Assembly: GCA_965220965.1 (NCBI GenBank)
Contig: OZ244852.1
Coordinates: 2,240,001-2,304,000 of the forward strand
DNA from: Candidatus Marinacidobacterium sp.
GTDB taxonomy: Bacteria; Acidobacteriota; Vicinamibacteria; Marinacidobacterales; Marinacidobacteraceae
Reading direction: 5' to 3'
Length of the DNA stretch: 64,000 nucleotides
The notes below the pieces were generated by a model. That model worked only from the letters and a program-made list of their open reading frames with translations. It ran no database searches and was not told the DNA's origin. The stretch's first letter is position 1. Every line of letters begins with the position of its first letter. The translations under genes and the position numbers were made by a program. This document shows positions 37,386 to 46,117 of the stretch, piece by piece.

Positions 37386-37453
37386 CGGCGTAAGCCGTAG
37401 CCTGCGCTTCTTTCATTGCCCGGGGAACCGGGCCCCAACGAAAGGAGCCGCGA

Positions 37454-38377
37454 TTGGAACTATCAGCACTCGACACCGCCGCCATCGGCCACCCCATAAC
37501 GCGCCTGGGCGTCTCGTTCTTTCCCGTGTACCTGCCGGACAACCGGATCCCCGAGATCGCCGCCGGCAAGGACTCCGGCCTCATCGTCCGGGAACTCGAA
37601 CACCCCTCGGTTCCTCACCTGCTGGCGGAGAACCCCACGTCGCGGCCGATCCTGGTGATCGAGGGCGAGCACTTTGTCGGCGGCTGGCAGAACCGGACGG
37701 CGAACGCAACCGCGCTCATCGCCCCCGGCGCGAAACTGAAGATTCCCGTCACCTGTCTCGAGGCGGGACGATGGGGAGGCCACGCACCGGAAAACGGCGA
37801 CCCCTCCCGCATGGCGCCGGAAACGGCGCTCGCGCCGCGATCCGTGCGGCGGGAGATCCGGACCTCGGTCTCGGCTTCCCTCGAGGCGCGCGCCGGCCAC
37901 GACGCGGACCAGGGGGCCGCGTGGCGGGCCGTCTCGGCGGAGCTCCGCCGCCAGGGAGCGGCCTCGCCCACCGAGGCCGCAACCGAAGCGGAAGACGCGG
38001 CCTTCCGCGCCCACCGCCCCCGCCACCTCGCCGCACAGGAGCTGGCCGAGCGGGGCCCCCTCCCGGGGCAGAACGGGGTCTGCATCACCCACGGATCCCG
38101 CGTCCGGACCGTCGAGGTGTTCGGCGCCCACGCGCTGCTCCGGGCCTGGTGGCGCGGCCTGGTCCGTCAGAACCTCGCGGATCCGCCACAGCAGGCCGAT
38201 CCGCCCTCGATCGACCGGGCGCTCTGGGGCGTGCGTCGCCTCACCCGGACGCCCTCGCAGTCCCGACCGGGGATCGGACTCGGCAGGGAACTGCGCGCCC
38301 GCGACCAGGTGCTTGCCGGCGTCGCGCTGACTCTCGAAGACAACCTGGTCCACGCGAGCGCCATGTTCGCCGCCTGA
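37454..38377 (+). CDS. ARPP-1 (DUF6569)-like domain protein
   Basis: VRELEHPSVPHLLAEN...ILVIEGEHFVGGWQNRT...IPVTCLEAGRW...DQGAAW...GQNGVC pattern. RBS AAAGGAG and TTG start. Confidence 0.75.
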   Translation: MELSALDTAAIGHPITRLGVSFFPVYLPDNRIPEIAAGKDSGLIVRELEHPSVPHLLAENPTSRPILVIEGEHFVGGWQNRTANATALIAPGAKLKIPVTCLEAGRWGGHAPENGDPSRMAPETALAPRSVRREIRTSVSASLEARAGHDADQGAAWRAVSAELRRQGAASPTEAATEAEDAAFRAHRPRHLAAQELAERGPLPGQNGVCITHGSRVRTVEVFGAHALLRAWWRGLVRQNLADPPQQADPPSIDRALWGVRRLTRTPSQSRPGIGLGRELRARDQVLAGVALTLEDNLVHASAMFAA

Positions 38378-38393
38378 GCGACGGCCGCGGGCG

Positions 38394-39641
38394 CTACGCC
38401 GCGACGGCGTCGGCGCGGCGCTCGCGGCGACGGATGCTGCTGCGGAGCGCGAAGTGATCGATGAGCGGGGCGAACACGTTCATCAGCAGGATGGCGAGCA
38501 TCATCCCTTCGGGGTAGGCCGGGTTCACCACGCGGATCAGCACCGCCAGCGCCCCGATGAGGAAGCCGTAGACGATCCGGCCGCCGTTCGTCGAGGGGGC
38601 CGTCACCGGCTCGGTCGCCATGTAGACGGCCCCGAAGGCCCAGCCGCCGAGCAGGAAGTGCCACCAGAAGGGCACGGCGAAGAAGGGATTCGTGTCCGAG
38701 CCGACCAGGTTGAGCAATCCCCCGAGGAACAGCGTCCCGGCGGCCACCGCGAGCATGATTCGGAGCGACCCGACGCCGGTCAGAGCGAGGATCGCGGCCC
38801 CGATCAGGCAGGCGAGGACGGAGGTCTCGCCCATCGAGCCGGGCATCCACCCGAGGAAGGCGTCCCACGGGGAGATCCCGGCGCCGCCAGCGGGATGGAA
38901 GGGGGCGGCGAGGGCTTCCGGCCCCTCGAGGCTGAGCCGGGCCAGCCAGGTCGCCCCGCTGACCGCGTCGGGCGCGGTGTCCGCCGCGATCCACACCCGG
39001 TCGCCGCTCAGGTCGGCGGGGTAGGCGAAGAAGAGAAACGCCCGCGCCGTCAGGGCCGGGTTCAGGATGTTGAACCCGCTGCCGCCGAAGATCTCCTTCC
39101 CGACGACGACGCCGAAGGTGATCCCCAGAGCCACCTGCCACAGCGGGACGGTCGGGGGCAGGACGAGCGGGAACAGCATCCCGGTGACCAGGAAGCCCTC
39201 GCTCACCTCGTGGCGGCGGACGACCGCGAAGAGCATTTCCCACGCCCCGCCGACGGCGAACGTCACGATGAGGACCGGGAGGTACCAGAGCGCGCCATGC
39301 GCGACGCAGGCGAGCACGCTGTCCGCCGCGAACCCGACTTCGAGCGCCTGGAGGAGCTCGGTCCGCCAACCGGGCAGGGGCGCCGCCCCCGCCGCGATGG
39401 CGAGGTTCGCCTGGAGGCCGGTGTTGTAGAACGCCATCGCCACCGGGCCGAGCAGCGCGATCACGACGGTGAACATCAGCCGCTTCATGTCGAGCTGGTC
39501 GCGCACATGGGCGGGACCCGCCGTCGTCTTCCCGGGGGTGTAGAGGAACGTGTCGGGAGCGTCCCAGAGCGGCCAGAGCCGGTGAAGCCGGCCGCCCTCC
39601 GCGAAGGGCGCCCCGAGACGGTCGAGGACGGAGCGCAGCAC
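38394..39641 (-). CDS. nqrB: Na+-NQR subunit B
   Basis: HVRDQLDMKRLM, EGFLVTGMLFPL, KEIFGG, FMN motif DAVSGATWL, GSMGETS and NPAYPEGMMLAILLMN. Confidence 0.96.
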   Translation of the reverse strand: MLRSVLDRLGAPFAEGGRLHRLWPLWDAPDTFLYTPGKTTAGPAHVRDQLDMKRLMFTVVIALLGPVAMAFYNTGLQANLAIAAGAAPLPGWRTELLQALEVGFAADSVLACVAHGALWYLPVLIVTFAVGGAWEMLFAVVRRHEVSEGFLVTGMLFPLVLPPTVPLWQVALGITFGVVVGKEIFGGSGFNILNPALTARAFLFFAYPADLSGDRVWIAADTAPDAVSGATWLARLSLEGPEALAAPFHPAGGAGISPWDAFLGWMPGSMGETSVLACLIGAAILALTGVGSLRIMLAVAAGTLFLGGLLNLVGSDTNPFFAVPFWWHFLLGGWAFGAVYMATEPVTAPSTNGGRIVYGFLIGALAVLIRVVNPAYPEGMMLAILLMNVFAPLIDHFALRSSIRRRERRADAVAA

Positions 39642-39645
39642 GGCT

Positions 39646-41040
39646 CTACCCCTCCTTCTCCAGCCGGTCGAGGACGCGGCGGAGCGCGGGGCCGTAGTCG
39701 TTCTTGGCCGGACAGACGAAGGTGAGCAGGCCGAGATCCTCCTCGACGAGTTCGAGCGCGCCCAGTTCCTCCGCGCGTTCGATGTCCTCCATGAGCAGCG
39801 CGCGAAGCAGCAGCACCGCGGGGATGTCGAAGGCCATGACGCGGTCGTAGGCCGGGGTCGGAACGATGGCCCGCCGCGAGCCGTTCGTCCCGGTTCCGAC
39901 CCGGCGGGGTCTCCCCGGAAGCCAGGAGCCCATAAAGGCCCGGCTCGCCGAGAGCGCGGATGCCCCCGGCGCCAGCCAGCCGAGGAACCGGCGCCCGCGT
40001 TCTTCCTCGAGGACCGTGACCTGCCGGTCATAACGGCCCAGATACGCCTCGGCCTCCGAGGTCGCGTCCCGCCCCGACAGCGCCGACCCGGACACGACCC
40101 GGTGGATCGCGGGGCCGCCGGAAGCCTCCGTCCGCGGCAGATCCGGCGCAGCGAGGTCGGGGGCGTGGGCGCCGATCGCCGTTCGCAGGATGCGGGGGCG
40201 CGCGAGCGGAGGCCCGCCGAGCGAAACCTGCCGGAGCGGGTCACCGACCCCGGTGCGGAACAGACGTCCGATCGAGGCGAGATCCTGGAGGTCGAGACTC
40301 CACGCCTCGCGGCCGCGGCCCGCTGGCGCGAGCCGGTGGATGTGGAGTCCGGAGGTCCCCGCGGGATGCGGGCCCCGGAAGGCGACCGCCTGGATCCGGC
40401 CCTCGGCGGGTACATCGAGCCAGGCGCCGGGACGATGGCAGACGAAGGTCGGCCCCTCGGTGAGGCGGGACACCGCCTGAAGCCCCCAGGCGACATCCTC
40501 CTCCCGTCCCCGCACCGCTGCGACCGGGTCCGTCGCCAGCGGAGCCGTGTCCATCGCGTTGACGAACACCGCGGCCGGACGCCGCTCCGGATCCGCGACC
40601 CGGCCGAAGGGACGCGACCGGATCGCGGTCCATTCGCCCGATTCGAGCAGGAGCGCGCGGATCCCGTCGTCGGGGAGGCCTTCGGGGCTCCGCCCGCGGA
40701 AGGCGCCGGGCGTGCGCCCGGCGCCGATCCGACCCGCGCGTTCGTCGGGGTTCACCTCGATCACCACCGACAGGAAGACCCGTCGGGCGCCGCGGTGGAC
40801 CGCGGCGATCCGCCCCCCGAGCGGGGCGGTGAACCGCACTCCCGGCGTCTTGCGATCCTCGAACAGCACGTCTCCCCGCTCGACCGAATCCCCCTCGCGG
40901 ACCTGCATCGCGGGGCGCATCCCCGGATAGTCCGCCCCGAGAAGCGCGACCCGCTCCGGGATCCGCAACTCCCCGGGTTCTTCTCCCGGCGCCCCCGCCA
41001 GTGGGAGATCGAACCCGCGGCGGACGACTTGGAGACTCAT
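39646..41040 (-). CDS. nqrA: Na+-NQR subunit A
   Basis: RRGFDLPLAG, LFEDRKTPGVRFTAP, GPHPAG and LGALELVEEDLGLLTFVCPAK. Confidence 0.95.
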   Translation of the reverse strand: MSLQVVRRGFDLPLAGAPGEEPGELRIPERVALLGADYPGMRPAMQVREGDSVERGDVLFEDRKTPGVRFTAPLGGRIAAVHRGARRVFLSVVIEVNPDERAGRIGAGRTPGAFRGRSPEGLPDDGIRALLLESGEWTAIRSRPFGRVADPERRPAAVFVNAMDTAPLATDPVAAVRGREEDVAWGLQAVSRLTEGPTFVCHRPGAWLDVPAEGRIQAVAFRGPHPAGTSGLHIHRLAPAGRGREAWSLDLQDLASIGRLFRTGVGDPLRQVSLGGPPLARPRILRTAIGAHAPDLAAPDLPRTEASGGPAIHRVVSGSALSGRDATSEAEAYLGRYDRQVTVLEEERGRRFLGWLAPGASALSASRAFMGSWLPGRPRRVGTGTNGSRRAIVPTPAYDRVMAFDIPAVLLLRALLMEDIERAEELGALELVEEDLGLLTFVCPAKNDYGPALRRVLDRLEKEG

Positions 41041-41201
41041 GCGGTTCCGGATGGAGAGCGTGCCGGCAGGCGGGCCGGCGCGCGGCTCGGCTCGCGGTTC
41101 CGGGAGGAGTAGCTTCTGGGAGGCGGCCGGAATCCTCGCACAGAGCGCCGGCGCCGGGGAACGGAGCGAGGCGTCCCGCCGGAGACGCCGGCGCGGCGTC
41201 G

Positions 41202-43538
41202 CTACCGGGGCGCCAGGTGACGGTCGAAGAACTCCACGATGCGCCGGGCGGCGTCGACCGCCGCCTCCCGTCGCCAGGACCGGATCACATGGCCCTGCTC
41301 GAGGTAGGACGCGAGCTGGGCCGGCCTGCCCAGGCGGCGCAGCGCGGTGAAGAGCTTCCCGGCGTCGTGGTACGCGTCGTCGGCGGTTCCGTGGACGATG
41401 AGCACCGGCGTGTGGATCCTGTCCGCGTGGTAGTAGGGCGAGTTGTCGAGGTAACGGCGGACGTCCGCCCAGGGGTGGTCGCCCATGCGAGCCTGGCCGC
41501 TTTCGCTCCACGCGAGCCAGAAACCCTCCCCGTCCACATCGATGCGCCCGTAGGTTCCGAAGAGGTCGAAGATGCCCGAAATGGGGACCGCGGCGCGGAA
41601 AATGTTCGTGCGGGTCACGATCGAGGCGGCGCCGTACCCGCCGTAGGACTGCCCGATGACGCCGAGCCGCGACGGGTCCACGTAGCCGAGCTCCGCGGCC
41701 CGAAGCGCCTGCGGCAGGAGCACATCCACCATCTCGCTCGCCGGGTTGCCCGCCTCCCGGTTGGGTCCGAGGGTCAACTGGACGAGCACGACGGCGTAGC
41801 CGCGGCTCGTGAACAAAAGGTTCGGGACCGTGACCACGTCCCCGCCGCCGAAATCGGATGCGCTCCGGGTCGCATCGCTTCCCGGGTACATGACGACGAT
41901 CCCCGGAAGACGGTCGCCGCGCGCCGCGCCCGGCGGCAGCAGGACGGAGGTCTTGACCGACGCGAGGGCGCCGTCGTGGAGCGGGACGAGCGTCTCGAAG
42001 GTCTCCGCCGAGCCGACCGCCACCGCTTCGAGACGCGGATCCAGGAGGGTGATCCGCTCGGGGATGAAGTCCGCATCGAAGCGGTAAAGGTTCGGAGGGG
42101 CCCGCAGGTCCTGGTACTGCCCCACGATGAAGTCGTGGCGCCCTCCGGAGGTCAGGTTCTCCAGGCGACCCCGGGCCTTCCACAGAATCCGCTCTTCCCC
42201 CGTGTCCGGATCGAAGCGGACCACGGCCTTCTCGCCGGTGGAGCGCTCGGTGAGCAGCACGTTCACCGAGGTCCCGTCGGGCTGCCAGAGGGTGCGCTCG
42301 TCCGCCATCACCAGGCTGTCCCAGACCCAGCGATCGTCATCCAGCGCGATGGTCTGCGGTGGGCCGCCGTCGAGCGGCGCCAGCGCGAGCGCCCGGGGGC
42401 GCGGGTCGCCGTAGCCCTGATCGTCGATCACGTCGGTTCCGAGGACCGCCGCGCTCCCGTCCCGGGTGAAACCGAACACGGTGGGCGCGACGTCGCCCAG
42501 TTGGGGCGCCAGTTCCCGGGGCGGCGAGGGGGCGCCCGACGCGAGGTCGAGGTAACGCATTCGCTTCCCTTCGAGGAACACCAGGCGGTCGTCCGCCGGA
42601 TGCCAGGCGTAGGTCGAGGTGAAGTAGGCGCGCTGGGTGAGCGGCAGGTCCTTCGCCAGCACGATGGGCTCGCCCCCGGCCGCCGGAACGACGCCGAGAT
42701 CCATGACGGTCTCCTGGGACGTGGGGCTCACGGCGCGGAACGAGGAGAGGACGCCGAGCCAGCGGCCGGACGCCGACCGCCGGATGGTCCCCCCGGCGAT
42801 CTCCCCGTCCTGCGGGAGCACCACGCGGGAGGCTCCGGTCGCGACATCCACCGCGGCCACGGTGACCAGGTGCTCGCGGGCGAAGTGCTCGGAGATCGGC
42901 GTGGGCGGCGGGGCCTCGTCGGGGAAAGCCGCCGCCTCGGTTCCGCTCCGGAGGACGACGACCCCCGCAGGGTGGCGCTCGCGAACGACTTCGCTCCGCG
43001 CCGGACTCCGGTACCGACCCTCCGGCGCGAATCCGGCGTAGATCGTCGAACTGTCCGGGCTCCAGCGCGGTTCGTCCCCGGTCCACAGCTTCGGCTTCAG
43101 CAACTGGTCCGAGAGCGGCCGGGCGGCTCCGGAGGACATTTCGTGGACCCAGAGCTGCGGGAAGCCGCCGGCGTCCGAGAAGAACGCGAGCCTCCGGCCG
43201 TCGGGCGACCACACCGGCCGCCAACAGGCGCCGCCCGGGCAGACCACGGAGGTCTCGCCGGTCGCGATCTCCGTCACCCGGATCGTGTCGCCGACGGCCG
43301 AAGCCGGAGTCCCGTTCGGCAGATAGCGTTCGTCGCCCGCCGCGCCGTCCGGCTGCGGCGTCTGAACGGTGTACGCGACCAGGGCGCCGTCCGGGGACAC
43401 GGCGGGCCGGGACTGCCAGGGAAACGTGGTCATCCCGAACGCCAGATCGAAGGGCAGGGCGCCAGGCGGGTCGCGGGAGTCCTCCTGGGACGCCGCCGCG
43501 ACCGCGGGGAGCAGAAGCGCGAGGGCGATCGTTCGCAT
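41202..43538 (-). CDS. S9 prolyl oligopeptidase-family peptidase
   Basis: TolB-like propeller (WSPDG repeats), nucleophile GQSYGG, HGTADD and EQGH. Confidence 0.9.
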   Translation of the reverse strand: MRTIALALLLPAVAAASQEDSRDPPGALPFDLAFGMTTFPWQSRPAVSPDGALVAYTVQTPQPDGAAGDERYLPNGTPASAVGDTIRVTEIATGETSVVCPGGACWRPVWSPDGRRLAFFSDAGGFPQLWVHEMSSGAARPLSDQLLKPKLWTGDEPRWSPDSSTIYAGFAPEGRYRSPARSEVVRERHPAGVVVLRSGTEAAAFPDEAPPPTPISEHFAREHLVTVAAVDVATGASRVVLPQDGEIAGGTIRRSASGRWLGVLSSFRAVSPTSQETVMDLGVVPAAGGEPIVLAKDLPLTQRAYFTSTYAWHPADDRLVFLEGKRMRYLDLASGAPSPPRELAPQLGDVAPTVFGFTRDGSAAVLGTDVIDDQGYGDPRPRALALAPLDGGPPQTIALDDDRWVWDSLVMADERTLWQPDGTSVNVLLTERSTGEKAVVRFDPDTGEERILWKARGRLENLTSGGRHDFIVGQYQDLRAPPNLYRFDADFIPERITLLDPRLEAVAVGSAETFETLVPLHDGALASVKTSVLLPPGAARGDRLPGIVVMYPGSDATRSASDFGGGDVVTVPNLLFTSRGYAVVLVQLTLGPNREAGNPASEMVDVLLPQALRAAELGYVDPSRLGVIGQSYGGYGAASIVTRTNIFRAAVPISGIFDLFGTYGRIDVDGEGFWLAWSESGQARMGDHPWADVRRYLDNSPYYHADRIHTPVLIVHGTADDAYHDAGKLFTALRRLGRPAQLASYLEQGHVIRSWRREAAVDAARRIVEFFDRHLAPR

Positions 43539-43636
43539 GGCGGGCTCGGTCGCTCCAAGTATGTCCGGACGCGCGGAGCCCGGCGGGCGGCGGCCATAAT
43601 TGCCCCTTCGGGGCGCGCCCGGAAGACGACGAGGCC

Positions 43637-44224
43637 ATGAGCGACTATTTCGATCTCCGATCCGACCTTTTCCGCCGCGCGTTCGACGCCGCCCTGCCCT
43701 ACGCGGACTACCTCGCCGGAGCGGCGCCCGCCGAACAGGCGGCGTGGGCCAGAGCGGAGGAGCGCGTCCCCCGCCTCCCGGAAGACGCCGCGGAGCGGCT
43801 CGACACCCGGGGCCGCCAGGTCCGGGCGCTCTGCCTCAGCGGAGCGTGGTGCGGCGACTGCGTCCGCTCGGGTCCGATCGTGGAGGCGGTGGCCGCCGCC
43901 GCCGGGCCGGCGCTCGAGCTCCGGATCCTGGACCGGGACGCGATGCCGGAGGTGCGCGACGAGCTGCGCGTGCTGGGGGCGATGCGCGTTCCGGTCGTCG
44001 TGTTCCTGACCGAGGATTTCCACGAGATCGCGCGCTACGGCGATCGCCCGTTGGTCGTGTACCGCGACAAGGCGGTTCGCGAGATGGGCGCGGCCTGTCC
44101 GGTCCCGGGAACGGAAGGTGACGGAGCCCTCGCAGTCGAGCTCGAGGAGTGGCTCGACGTGTTCGAGCGGGCGATTCTGATGGCCCGCCTGTGTCCCCCG
44201 CTCCGCGCCCGGCACGGCGACTGA
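43637..44224 (+). CDS. Thioredoxin-family protein
   Basis: WCGDC motif and RVPVVVFL cis-Pro region. Confidence 0.85.
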   Translation: MSDYFDLRSDLFRRAFDAALPYADYLAGAAPAEQAAWARAEERVPRLPEDAAERLDTRGRQVRALCLSGAWCGDCVRSGPIVEAVAAAAGPALELRILDRDAMPEVRDELRVLGAMRVPVVVFLTEDFHEIARYGDRPLVVYRDKAVREMGAACPVPGTEGDGALAVELEEWLDVFERAILMARLCPPLRARHGD

Positions 44225-44308
44225 GCAAGCGGTGAGCGGCCCCGGCGCGGCGCCTCCGGGCCGGGTCGACGCCGGGCGCGCGGCGGGCGGCCGCCTGGCA
44301 ACCGTCTG

Positions 44309-46117
44309 ATGCGCGACCTGTGGAGGCGTCTCCTCCCGTACCTGGCGCGCTACCGACGGCGGGTCGCGGTCGGACTCGCGACGCTGGTGCTTTGCCGGAT
44401 CTTCTACCTGATCATCCCCCAGATCCTCGAGCGGGCGGTGGATGCGCTGCAGGCGGGCGCCACCGACGAGATGTGGAACTTCGCCGCCGCCATCGTGGGG
44501 GTCTCGCTCGGTTCGGCGGTCTTCCGCTTCTACATGCGCTGGTATCTCATCGGGGTGTCGCGCTACGCCGAATACGACATGCGGCGCGACTTCTACGCGC
44601 GGCTCCAGACGCTGCCCGCCTCGTTCCACGCCCGCTACCGCGTCGGAGACCTGCTGTCGCGCGGCGCCCAGGACATGAACGCGGTGCGGATGGTCCTCGG
44701 GCCGGGCGTCATGTACCCGGTCGAGACCGTGATCACCACGGTTGGATGCTTCGGCTTCATGCTCGCGATCAGTCCCCGCCTGACCCTGGTGGCGATCGCG
44801 GTCATGCCGGTCGTCTCGGTGCTGATGAAGATCCTCGGAGAGAAGATCTTCCGGCGCTCGGAAGTCGTCCAGGCCAAGATGGCCGACATCTCGGCCATCG
44901 TCCAGGAGAACGCCGCCGGAGCCCGTCTGGTGCGAGCCTTCGCGCAGGAAGACTCCCAGCGGAAGGTCTTCCGCCAGGAGAACGAGGCCTACGCCGCCCG
45001 GAGCATGGAGCTCGTCGCGGTGAGCGCGGCGCTGTTCCCGCTCCTGCTGGCGCTGATCGGACTGGGGCTTGCGGGGAGTCTGGTGCTCGGCGGTCGACTG
45101 GCGGCCGCCGGGGCGATCACGATCGGCGAGCTCGTCGCCTTCCTCTTCTATTACGGCTACCTGACGTGGCCCATGATCGCGCTGGGCTGGGTGGTGAACA
45201 TCCACCAGCGGGGGGCCGCCTCGATGAAGCGGCTGGCGGCGGTGTTCGACGCCGAGCCCCTCGCCGCGCCGGCGACCCCGCCGGAAAACGGCGCCGGCTG
45301 GTCGTTCGGAACGCGGGGGGCCTCGATCGAGTTCGACGGCGTGACCTTCGCCTACCCGCCGCCGGCGGCGGGCGCCTCCCCGGAGGGGAATGGCGCGACG
45401 CGCCGTCCGGTGCTTCGCGACTTCCGCATCAGGATCGCTCCCGGCGAGACGGTCGCGCTGGTGGGACGCACCGGCTGCGGGAAGAGCACCGTGGCGCGCC
45501 TCATTCCGCGCCTCCACGATGTCCAGGAAGGCGCCGTCCGGGTGGCGGGCCGGGATGTCCGGGAGGCGCCGCTCGGAGACCTGCGGCGCCAGATCGCCTT
45601 CGTCCCGCAGGACAGTTTTCTCTTCTCGATGGAGCTGGGAGAGAACCTGGCTTTCGGGAAGCCGGAGGCCTCCCCGGCCGAGGTTCGACGGGTGGCGGGC
45701 GAGGCTGGCCTCGCCGACGACATCGCGGGCTTCCCGGACGGCTACGGGACCGTCGTCGGAGAGCGCGGCGTCACGCTCTCGGGGGGCCAGCGACAGCGCG
45801 CCGCGATCGCGCGGGCGCTGCTGCTCGACGCCCCCATTCTGGTGCTGGATGATGTGCTGAGCGCGGTGGACTCCGAGACCGAGGCGCGCATCCTGCAGGC
45901 GGTCCGCGAAGCCGCCCGGGAACGGACGACCCTGATCGTGGCGCACCGCCTCAGCACGGTGCGGGACGCCGACCGCATCTACCTGCTGGACACCGACAAG
46001 CAGGGCGCCGCCCGGATCGCCGAGTCGGGCGCCCACGACGAGCTCGTCGCCGCCGGGGGGCTCTACGCCGCGATGTATCGGCGGCAGATGCTGGAAGAGG
46101 AGCTGGCGCGCCTGTGA
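44309..46117 (+). CDS. ABC exporter, fused permease/ATPase (MdlA-like)
   Basis: TMD plus Walker A GRTGCGKST, LSGGQRQR and LVLDD. Confidence 0.92.
   Translation: MRDLWRRLLPYLARYRRRVAVGLATLVLCRIFYLIIPQILERAVDALQAGATDEMWNFAAAIVGVSLGSAVFRFYMRWYLIGVSRYAEYDMRRDFYARLQTLPASFHARYRVGDLLSRGAQDMNAVRMVLGPGVMYPVETVITTVGCFGFMLAISPRLTLVAIAVMPVVSVLMKILGEKIFRRSEVVQAKMADISAIVQENAAGARLVRAFAQEDSQRKVFRQENEAYAARSMELVAVSAALFPLLLALIGLGLAGSLVLGGRLAAAGAITIGELVAFLFYYGYLTWPMIALGWVVNIHQRGAASMKRLAAVFDAEPLAAPATPPENGAGWSFGTRGASIEFDGVTFAYPPPAAGASPEGNGATRRPVLRDFRIRIAPGETVALVGRTGCGKSTVARLIPRLHDVQEGAVRVAGRDVREAPLGDLRRQIAFVPQDSFLFSMELGENLAFGKPEASPAEVRRVAGEAGLADDIAGFPDGYGTVVGERGVTLSGGQRQRAAIARALLLDAPILVLDDVLSAVDSETEARILQAVREAARERTTLIVAHRLSTVRDADRIYLLDTDKQGAARIAESGAHDELVAAGGLYAAMYRRQMLEEELARL

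Noticed and set aside
41041-41201. Possible Na+ riboswitch or other structured RNA upstream of nqrA
   Set aside because: Only generic GC-rich hairpins; no consensus I can recognise.
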